Below are positions 37,711-45,745 of a stretch of DNA of 64,000 bases, in pieces. Positions within the stretch are counted from its first letter, which is position 1. Every line of letters starts with the position of its first letter. Under the pieces are notes generated by a model, which searched no databases, had not been told where the DNA came from, and saw only the letters and a list, made by a program, of their open reading frames with translations. The DNA is from an uncultured Bacilli bacterium (GTDB taxonomy: Bacteria; Bacillota_I; Bacilli_A; RF39; UBA660): the NCBI GenBank assembly GCA_934149515.1, contig CAKPFD010000005.1, positions 696 to 64,695 of the forward strand, given 5' to 3'. A program made the position numbers and the translations under genes.

Positions 37711-39340
37711 ATTGTTAATTGCCAGTATGAGTATTTTATTACTTCAACCATTATCAACAGTTGCTATGACCAAAAAAGAAACAGTTTACGTCCAATTAAA
37801 AAATGACGGAACACCAATCAAAACAACGGTTAATAATCATTTATTTTTAACAAGTGAAGATAAAAAAATTACTGATCAAAGTATTTTAAAAAACATTACC
37901 AATACTAGTGGTGATGAAACATTCGAACAAAAAAATAATATTTTGACATTTGAAAATAAAGGAAAAGATATTTTTTATCAAGGAACAACAGAAAAAACAT
38001 CTCCAATTCAAATGAAAGTCAAATATTATCTAGATGATAAAGAAATGGCCGTTAAAGATATGATTGGTAAAAAAGGAACTGTTAAAATAGAAATTAATTA
38101 TGAAAATGAAGCAGTCGATGGTACTACTTATCCATTTGTTGTTACAACAGCAACTATCTTAAAAGATAAAGATAATAAAGAAATAACTATATCAAACGGT
38201 AAAGCCATTGATACAGGTAGTAAAACTATCATTGTTGGTATTGCTGCTCCTAGTTTAGATAAAATTACAAATATGAGTGATTTTTCTAACCTTAATAGTA
38301 CCGAAATTACTTATCAAACAGAAAACTTTTCTTTAAATAATATTTATATGATAGCAACACCAAAACTATTAAGTGAAGAAGATTTTACGATTTTCGATAA
38401 AGTAGATACACTAACATCATCAATTGCGACAATGGATGCAAGTGTTGGAAAATTAATAGAAGGATCAACCAAATTACAAGATGGTTCTAAAACACTAGAA
38501 GATGGCTTACAAACTCTTCAAGAAAAATTACAACAAATTAATGCAGCAACAGAACAATTAGAAAATGGTACCATTCGTTTAGATGCAGGACTTGCCCAAA
38601 TGATGGAAAAATTACAAAATGTAAAAGCATCACTAGAAAGTAAAGATATGAGTGAAAAACTAAGTAAAATAGATTATTTACAAAGTCAAAATGAAACAAC
38701 TATCAATACTTTAACAACAACAAATCAAATTTTAAAAACAACTTATGATACTTATCAATTAGCAGCATTTCAAACAACAGAAGCCTTAAGTACTTACTTT
38801 AGTAATTATTTTGAACAAAAAGGTTTAACAAAAGAAGAGTATCAATCAAAAATAGAAGAATTAATCAAATGTAAAATAACCTATGAAGCAATTTATTCTT
38901 CTAATCAAAATTTAATTACACTACTAGCAAGTAATAAAGAAACAATTACAACCTTAAAAGCAAGTGTCATAGAATTAACAACATCTATTACAGATTTATT
39001 AGAACAATCTCAAACTGGTATTTTAACCTTACAAGAAGGAAGTAAAACCCTAAAAAATGGCATGTCACAAGTAAATGCTGGTGCAAAAGCTTTACAAGAA
39101 GGAGCAAGCACCCTAACACAAGGACAAGCAACCTTAGGAAATGGTATTGCAAGTTTAACAACTGGTCTAACAACCTTTGATAATCAAGCAATGACACCAC
39201 TGACAACTTATGCTAATAAAATAGCAACTTATAAAGATACATTAGAAAAAGTAACCAACTTATCTAATACCTATAAAGGTTTCTCTACAGATAATGCCAC
39301 AATGACAACCTTTGTTTATAAAATGCAAGCAGCAAAATAA
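37697..39340 (+). CDS. Secreted protein with YhgE/Pip-type LxxG heptad repeats
   Basis: Signal peptide, then repeated L(I/Q)EGSTKLQDGSKTLEDGLQTL / LQEGSKTLKNGMSQVNAGAKALQEGASTL. The start overlaps the MMPL stop by 14 nt. Confidence 0.55.
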   Translation: MKPNKLLIASMSILLLQPLSTVAMTKKETVYVQLKNDGTPIKTTVNNHLFLTSEDKKITDQSILKNITNTSGDETFEQKNNILTFENKGKDIFYQGTTEKTSPIQMKVKYYLDDKEMAVKDMIGKKGTVKIEINYENEAVDGTTYPFVVTTATILKDKDNKEITISNGKAIDTGSKTIIVGIAAPSLDKITNMSDFSNLNSTEITYQTENFSLNNIYMIATPKLLSEEDFTIFDKVDTLTSSIATMDASVGKLIEGSTKLQDGSKTLEDGLQTLQEKLQQINAATEQLENGTIRLDAGLAQMMEKLQNVKASLESKDMSEKLSKIDYLQSQNETTINTLTTTNQILKTTYDTYQLAAFQTTEALSTYFSNYFEQKGLTKEEYQSKIEELIKCKITYEAIYSSNQNLITLLASNKETITTLKASVIELTTSITDLLEQSQTGILTLQEGSKTLKNGMSQVNAGAKALQEGASTLTQGQATLGNGIASLTTGLTTFDNQAMTPLTTYANKIATYKDTLEKVTNLSNTYKGFSTDNATMTTFVYKMQAAK

Positions 39341-39371
39341 CATAAAAATCTAAAAAAATACAATAAATGAC

Positions 39372-39577
39372 TTGCGTTTAGAAATAAAATACATTATACT
39401 AGTTTCTAGTAAAAGGGCTGAAGAAATAATGGATATAAGAATAATTCTTTAAAAGAAATCGCCCATATCTTTTACAGGTATGTTTATCTTATACTATTAA
39501 AAAAAATACTATCAAATATCGCCTTTTTACTATTTTGTAAAGTAATTGTAAAAGCTCTAAAACAAAAGAGCTTTTTT
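39372..39577 (+). ncRNA. Candidate orphan transcription unit (about 170 nt) with no credible ORF
   Basis: ttgcgt-17 nt-tatact promoter (39372-39400) and a perfect 8-bp stem aaagctct / agagcttt plus T6 (39551-39577). Only 6-7-codon ORFs lie between them. Confidence 0.25.
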
Positions 39578-39631
39578 CTTTTCCTTTAGATTTTAATATG
39601 TTATGATGAAGATAATAAAGGAGAAAAAAGT

Positions 39632-40405
39632 ATGGAAACAAAAAAACCTAACAAAGGAATCATTATACTACTTATTATCATCATTTTAGGATTAGTAGGT
39701 TATATTATCTTTGATAAAATGCCAAAAGAAAAGAAAGAAGATAAAAAACAAACAGAAACGACCACCGAAACAACACCTAAAACAACAACACTAGCAACAA
39801 CCGATCCTCTAGTAATAAAGTTATTTATGATCGCAAGAGAAGATTTAGGGTATAAACATCTAGAGAAGAATGACTCGTTACAAGATTATATGGGTACGAT
39901 TGCACTTGCTCAATTACCACAAAGCGTCTTTTTACCTTATTCTTCATGTCAAAATCTAGATCCACTATCTACAAGAGGAAATTATTGCGGACTACAAATG
40001 AATGATGCTATGTCAAAAGCTTACGGTTCGGCGGATACAGAAGCCTTTAAACAAGCAGCAAAAACCAATTCCACAACCGTTGTTGATGCTACGATTTTAG
40101 AAAATAAAATAAAAGAAATTTTTGGACAAGATATTAATTTTGATCGTAAAGATTTTGAGGGTTTGGGCTTTGGACCAGTATGGCACTATAATCAAAGTGA
40201 AAATGTATATGCTGAATATGGTTGTGAATGTGGTGGAACACATCCTGCTAGAGATCAAGTCATTAATAGTGCAACCAAAGATAATGATACAATTACTCTT
40301 GTAACAACCTTTACCGAAGGCGAAGAAAAACAAACCATTACGTACACCTTCACCTTAGAAAAAGAAACTAATAACTATATTTATAAAACTAGAATTGTAA
40401 ATTAA
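39632..40405 (+). CDS. Hypothetical membrane-anchored protein
   Basis: 257 aa with an N-terminal TM segment and a Thr/Glu/Lys-rich linker. RBS aaggag. Confidence 0.5.
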   Translation: METKKPNKGIIILLIIIILGLVGYIIFDKMPKEKKEDKKQTETTTETTPKTTTLATTDPLVIKLFMIAREDLGYKHLEKNDSLQDYMGTIALAQLPQSVFLPYSSCQNLDPLSTRGNYCGLQMNDAMSKAYGSADTEAFKQAAKTNSTTVVDATILENKIKEIFGQDINFDRKDFEGLGFGPVWHYNQSENVYAEYGCECGGTHPARDQVINSATKDNDTITLVTTFTEGEEKQTITYTFTLEKETNNYIYKTRIVN

Positions 40406-40456
40406 TCTTACCAACAAGAAAAACTTATGTTATACTACTACTAGGAGAGATAAAAC

Positions 40457-40657
40457 ATGGGTCAAATCGTAAAGAATACAACATTTGATATAGGATGTGA
40501 CGATTTAAACGTCAACGATACCATTAAGGTGATCACCACCAAAGAAGAAGGAATCATCGTTTTAAAAGCCATTTCATTATATCAAGTAAAACTAACAACT
40601 GGCGCAAACAAAGGAATGGTGCGCTCTTATACTCGTGCCGAATTAGAAAGAATATAG
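40457..40657 (+). CDS. Hypothetical small protein
   Basis: 66 aa; RBS aggagag. Confidence 0.4.
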   Translation: MGQIVKNTTFDIGCDDLNVNDTIKVITTKEEGIIVLKAISLYQVKLTTGANKGMVRSYTRAELERI

Positions 40658-40732
40658 TGTTCTTTCTTTTTCTGTTTTTACCATAATTTTATCTTCTAGA
40701 ATAAATAAACAAGCAAAAAGGAGTAAGAAAAC

Positions 40733-42628
40733 ATGTCAAAAGAAACTTATTATGATGTAGATAAATCAGTCTACGAATTCCAAAAAGAACATACGAAAGA
40801 TTTTAAGCATAATAAAGCTTATCGATACTATGGTAGAAATATTTCCTATAACACCTCTCATAAAAATATTGAAAATATCGCCAAAGTAATGCAAGCTCAT
40901 GATGTTAAAAAAGGAGATATCATACCAGTGATTGCCCCAATGTTACCAAGCGTTGTCGATAGCTTTTATGGAATTAATAAAGTAGGAGCCACTTTCTTTC
41001 CAATCGATCCTAGAAATAACGCCACTAGAATTCGTGATTTTTTAAACTTAACCGGAGCAAAACAAGTTATCATGCTTGATCAAGCCTATGGGAAAATAGA
41101 TGCTATTATCGATCACACCAACGTTCAAAACGTCCTTGTTATTACACCAGAAGAAGCAATGTTTCCTTTCTTAAGATTATCGTATCGTCTTGATCAACAA
41201 ACTAAAACTAAGAAATACTATGATGCCGTAAAAGCACTTGGAACAGAATCTAGTGAAAAAGTTGCAAATATAATAGAAAACCATAAAGATATTTTTGAAA
41301 TGTCCGATGAAGAGTATGAACAACTCTATCAAGCAAACATCTTTCAAAAAACAAAAGATATAGCTATGAAAAATCTATATTATCAATTTCCCCCAATAAA
41401 AGGCTATGAAGATTTAAGAAGCGAAATTAAAAAAGTAGCACCAGAAAAAGAAGTCGAATCTATCTATGATAAAGCAATACCAGCGTCCCTAACTATGACG
41501 AGTGGAACAACTGGAAAACCAAAATTAGTACCAACAATGAATCGTAGCTATAATGTCAAAGTAAGAGATTATGCTAAAACGACGATGCCAATTGAGAAAA
41601 AAGATAGAATTCTAAGTATGCCACCTTTTATCTTATATGGAGAAATATTCATGCATATGGCCTATGTTCGTGGAGTTCAAAACGTCATCATTCCAGATAT
41701 TACCGCCTATTATTATCCAGGAGTTATCAAACAAGAAAAAATAGCACATGCTGTTGGTGTACCATCTCAAGCCCTAGAATTAGCAAACGATCGTCATTCT
41801 TATGGTGTTGCAGGTCAAAGTGAAAAATGGTTAAGACAAATGCGTCATTTAAAAAGCGTTTCCACAGGTGGTACTAAAATGTTATTAGAACACGAAAAGA
41901 AAATTAATAAAGCCTTAAAAGAACTAGGAATAGAAGTCACTCAAGGATATTCTATGACAGAACTAACACCAGCATCCATGACGAACATGCCAGGCTTTTC
42001 TAAAGAACAAAGTGTTGGAAGACCAATTGGTGATACCAAATGTAAAATTGTTGATCTAGAAACAAATGAAGAGAAAAAAGTCAATGAAATTGGTAACTTA
42101 TTAGTAAAAAGTGAAACACAATTTACAGGATATTACAAAAATGAAGAAGCAACCCAAAAAGCCCTTATTCAATATGATGGAAAACAAATGGTCAATACTG
42201 GTGATTTAGCCTTTGTTGATGAAGATGGTTATTATCATATTGTTGGAAGAGAAAAAGAAATGATCATAAGACCAGATGGCCATAATAATTTCCCATCAGA
42301 AATGGAAGAACTATTAGCAAAACATCCAATTGTTGCAGATTGTGCTGTTGTCGGATATCCTTATCCAGGCTATGATAGTCCACTAGGTGAATATCCAAAA
42401 GCACACATTGTCTTAAAAGAAGAATATAAAAACGAACAAGCAGCAAGTGAAGAAATGTTAAAAGAATACTGTCTTGAAAACTTACCAGAACGCGATGTTC
42501 CATACTATTATGAATTCCATGATAAATTACCATTGACACCAGTCTTAAAAGTGGATAAAGAAGCCCTAAAAGCAAGTGATAAACAACAAGCCCTTGAACA
42601 GAAAGCCAAACAAAAAGTAAAAAAATAG
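40733..42628 (+). CDS. AMP-dependent synthetase/ligase (acyl-CoA synthetase-like)
   Basis: MTSGTTGKPKLV (A3), GYSMTEL (A5), TGDLAFVDEDGYYHIVGR (A7-A8), and a K near the C-terminus. Confidence 0.85.
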   Translation: MSKETYYDVDKSVYEFQKEHTKDFKHNKAYRYYGRNISYNTSHKNIENIAKVMQAHDVKKGDIIPVIAPMLPSVVDSFYGINKVGATFFPIDPRNNATRIRDFLNLTGAKQVIMLDQAYGKIDAIIDHTNVQNVLVITPEEAMFPFLRLSYRLDQQTKTKKYYDAVKALGTESSEKVANIIENHKDIFEMSDEEYEQLYQANIFQKTKDIAMKNLYYQFPPIKGYEDLRSEIKKVAPEKEVESIYDKAIPASLTMTSGTTGKPKLVPTMNRSYNVKVRDYAKTTMPIEKKDRILSMPPFILYGEIFMHMAYVRGVQNVIIPDITAYYYPGVIKQEKIAHAVGVPSQALELANDRHSYGVAGQSEKWLRQMRHLKSVSTGGTKMLLEHEKKINKALKELGIEVTQGYSMTELTPASMTNMPGFSKEQSVGRPIGDTKCKIVDLETNEEKKVNEIGNLLVKSETQFTGYYKNEEATQKALIQYDGKQMVNTGDLAFVDEDGYYHIVGREKEMIIRPDGHNNFPSEMEELLAKHPIVADCAVVGYPYPGYDSPLGEYPKAHIVLKEEYKNEQAASEEMLKEYCLENLPERDVPYYYEFHDKLPLTPVLKVDKEALKASDKQQALEQKAKQKVKK

Positions 42629-42698
42629 AAAGTTAGTTTCTTTCAATCAAAAGGTATGCTATAATCTAAATAGAATAAAAAAGAATAGAGGAAGTAAT

Positions 42699-44546
42699 AT
42701 GAGTGTTGGATTTACATTTTCAGCTTGTAGCTTATTTTATAGTATCTTATTGACAACCATTTTCTTTTCCAAAAAACGCTTAGATACATTAGAAAATAAA
42801 ATTTATGGTCTTGCTATTATTGCCAATTTAATAGGAATTATCTTTGCCTTAGGCAGTTACTTTGCCATTATTGTCAAAGATCAAATTCCACTGTTAAATA
42901 CCTTAGTATCCAAAACTTTAATTGTTTACTATCTGATTTATTTATCGATCTTAACCGTTTATATTTATGTTATTTCTAACAAAGTAACCTATTATAACAT
43001 TTCTAAAAAAGATAAAATGATCGGCTATAGTAGTTTAGTAATTTTCTTTACTTTATTACTTTTAATTTGTATTTTACCATTATACTTTTATGCCAATGGA
43101 ACGATTGCTTATTCTTATGGTCCAAGTGCAAACGTCATGTATATTTTCTCAGGAGTTGCAATTTTCAGCTGGATTATTTTAATGATAAAACATTACAAAG
43201 AACTAAAAGATAAAAAATACTTACCAATGTTTGCTTTCATCTTAATTGGTGGAATTGTCATGATAATTCAAAAACTAAATCCAGGAGTTTTACTAATGAC
43301 ATCGATGGAGACATTTATTACGTTTTTAATGTACTTTACCATTGAAAATCCTGATTTAAAAATGATTGAAGATTTAAACTTAGCAAGAGAACAAGCCGAC
43401 AAAGCCAACAATGCCAAAACAGAATTCTTATCTAATATGTCGCATGAAATTAGAACGCCATTAAATGCCATCACTGGTTTTTCTCAAGCATTAAGTGAAG
43501 AAGAAAACATGCCATCCTCTGCCAAAGAAGATGTTAAAGATATCCTAATGGCAACAGATAGCTTACTAGAAATTGTCAATGGTATCTTAGATATTTCCAA
43601 AATTGAAGCCAACAAACTAGAAATTATCAACACTTACTATAATCCTTATAAAGTATTGAATGAATTAACTATCTTGACAAAAGCACGTCTAGGTAGTGAA
43701 AAACCAATTGAATTAAGAGTAAGTATCGATGATACAATTCCAAAAGTACTATATGGTGATTATGCAAGATTAAAACAAATTATTTTAAATATTTTAACAA
43801 ACGCTGTAAAATACACCAATGAAGGTTATATTGAATTCAAAGTAACACACTTAGAAAAAGATGGGATCTGTCGGTTGATCGTTTCAGTAGAAGATACAGG
43901 AATTGGTATTAAGCGAGATAAAATCGATAAATTATTTGATAAATTTGAACGTTTAGACGAAGAAAGAAACATCACCATAGAAGGAACTGGTTTAGGACTT
44001 GCCATTACTAAACGTTTAGTACAATTGATGCATGGAGAACTAGTGGTTCAAAGCCTTTATGGAAAAGGAAGTAAATTTACTGTTTCTATTGATCAAAGAA
44101 TTGCCAAAGAACCTGTTAAATCAACAACGCAAGCAGCAAACCAACAACCAACATCAACTACGGATGATACCCTAAAAGGTAAACACCTCTTAGTAGTAGA
44201 TGATAACAAGCTAAACTTAAAAGTTGCACAACGTCTACTTGCTAATTATCATTTTGATATCGATACCGTAGAAAGTGGTTTTGATTGCATCGAAAAAATA
44301 AAAGCTGGTACTTGCTATGATCTGATTTTAATGGATGATATGATGCCAAAATTATCAGGAACACAAACCTTGCAAAAACTAAAAGAAGATCCAAACTTCC
44401 ACATTCCAACCATCGCCTTAACAGCAAATGCTATCGCTGGAATGAAGGAACAATACTTATCAGCAGGATTTGATGATTACCTAGCAAAACCAATCGAAAG
44501 AAATGAACTAAATAGAGTCATTCATACATTTTTAAACAAACAATAG
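42699..44546 (+). CDS. Hybrid sensor histidine kinase (polytopic sensor, HisKA, HATPase, C-terminal receiver)
   Basis: About 7 TM segments, SHEIRTPLNAI (H box), N/G1/G2 boxes (NAVKYT, DTGIGI, GTGLGL), and a receiver LLVVDDN...LILMDDMMP...K. Confidence 0.9.
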   Translation: MSVGFTFSACSLFYSILLTTIFFSKKRLDTLENKIYGLAIIANLIGIIFALGSYFAIIVKDQIPLLNTLVSKTLIVYYLIYLSILTVYIYVISNKVTYYNISKKDKMIGYSSLVIFFTLLLLICILPLYFYANGTIAYSYGPSANVMYIFSGVAIFSWIILMIKHYKELKDKKYLPMFAFILIGGIVMIIQKLNPGVLLMTSMETFITFLMYFTIENPDLKMIEDLNLAREQADKANNAKTEFLSNMSHEIRTPLNAITGFSQALSEEENMPSSAKEDVKDILMATDSLLEIVNGILDISKIEANKLEIINTYYNPYKVLNELTILTKARLGSEKPIELRVSIDDTIPKVLYGDYARLKQIILNILTNAVKYTNEGYIEFKVTHLEKDGICRLIVSVEDTGIGIKRDKIDKLFDKFERLDEERNITIEGTGLGLAITKRLVQLMHGELVVQSLYGKGSKFTVSIDQRIAKEPVKSTTQAANQQPTSTTDDTLKGKHLLVVDDNKLNLKVAQRLLANYHFDIDTVESGFDCIEKIKAGTCYDLILMDDMMPKLSGTQTLQKLKEDPNFHIPTIALTANAIAGMKEQYLSAGFDDYLAKPIERNELNRVIHTFLNKQ

Positions 44547-44557
44547 GAGGGAAAAAT

Positions 44558-45334
44558 ATGAAAGATGTATCATTATTAATTAACAATGGAGTAAATGTTC
44601 AAAAAAGTCTAGAACTATTTGGAGATATGGCAACTTATGATGCAACCTTAGGAGATTTTTTAGCCGATATTGGTGAAAAAGAAATGAAAATCAAGCATTA
44701 TAAAGAAGTAGGGGATATGGCCAATTATTCCATCCTAGTTCATGGCTTGAAAAGTGATGCTAAATACTTTGGATTTGATACCTTAGCAGAACTTGCTTAT
44801 CAACATGAAATGGCTAGTAAAGAAAATAATTTATATTATGTAACAGAACAATTCAACAGCTTAATTCAAGAACTAGATAGAATCGTTCACTTAGTAAAGC
44901 AATACTTAGGACTTGAAGCAGCAGGAACAACGACAACAGTTGTAACACAAAGAAAAGACAAAGCTATCATTGTTGTAGATGATTCAGCAGTTATTAAAAA
45001 CTTTATCCAGAAAATCTTTGATAATGAATTTTCTGTGCTAATGGCAAGTGATGGAAATGAAGCTTTACAGTTAATTCGTCAAAATCAAGATATCAAAATC
45101 GTTGGAATGCTACTTGATTTAAATATGCCAAATGTCAATGGATTCCAAGTACTAGAATATTTTAAAAATAACAATTTATTTGATAAAATGCCAGTATCAA
45201 TTATTACAGGTGTTGGAAACGATGAATTAATCGCTCATGCTTTCGAATATCCAATCGTCGATGTGTTGAAAAAACCATTTAACGAACGTGATATTAAAGC
45301 AGTCGTAGAAAAAACAATTCAATACGCTCATTAA
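44558..45334 (+). CDS. Hpt domain fused to a receiver domain (phosphorelay protein with no output domain)
   Basis: LVHGLKSDAKYFG (Hpt His) in the N-terminal half. IIVVDDS...LLDLNMP...KP receiver in the C-terminal half. Confidence 0.8.
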   Translation: MKDVSLLINNGVNVQKSLELFGDMATYDATLGDFLADIGEKEMKIKHYKEVGDMANYSILVHGLKSDAKYFGFDTLAELAYQHEMASKENNLYYVTEQFNSLIQELDRIVHLVKQYLGLEAAGTTTTVVTQRKDKAIIVVDDSAVIKNFIQKIFDNEFSVLMASDGNEALQLIRQNQDIKIVGMLLDLNMPNVNGFQVLEYFKNNNLFDKMPVSIITGVGNDELIAHAFEYPIVDVLKKPFNERDIKAVVEKTIQYAH

Positions 45335-45486
45335 AAAAAGAATAAACGTAAAAAGGACTTCAGCTAGGTCCTTTTTGTATGTTTTATCATCACCCAATCT
45401 AGAAAAATTTAGGATTTTGGTTCAAAATTAGAAGTTAGACAACAAGATTATGAAATTTCATATTTAACAATATAATTTTTTATTTC

Positions 45487-45709
45487 TTGTTTATTCACTC
45501 TATTTTTGATATGATATATTCATAAGGTAGAAGAAAGTAGGGATGAGTATGAAGAGTATAATAAAAACTTGTCTAACCGAAACTGCAATTAATAGTAATC
45601 CCGATGAGTTGATTAGTATTAACTCAAAGTTAGCCTGGGAGGGGGGAATTTATCTAAGACAATAGAAATATCATTGTAGAATAAACAAGATAATATTATC
45701 TTGTGTTTT
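45487..45709 (+). promoter_or_regulatory. Leader, copy L2 (diverged): promoter, 38-codon sORF with interrupted G tract, palindromic hairpin
   Basis: ttgttt-17 nt-tatgat (45487-45515). sORF at 45549-45665. The tract reads cctgggaggggggaa (G3AG6). A 20-nt perfect palindrome acaagataatattatcttgt (45685-45704) is followed by gtttt. Confidence 0.5.
45549..45665 (+). CDS. Leader sORF L2 (MKSIIKTCLTETAINSNPDELISINSKLAWEGGIYLRQ)
   Basis: RBS aggg 6 nt upstream. It shares SIN-x-KL-A/T-W-x-GG with L1 and L3. Confidence 0.35.
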   Translation: MKSIIKTCLTETAINSNPDELISINSKLAWEGGIYLRQ

Positions 45710-45745
45710 AGCATTATATAAAAACTAAAAAGGGAGTAATAAAAC

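Noticed and set aside
45549-45665. Leader sORFs considered as double-glycine bacteriocin/pheromone precursors or ComS/SHP-type peptides.
   Set aside because: The residues preceding the GG do not fit the double-glycine leader consensus (no E/L/I at -8/-7/-4). No C39 peptidase ABC exporter or Rgg/ComR-type regulator is nearby. I keep it only as a minor alternative.
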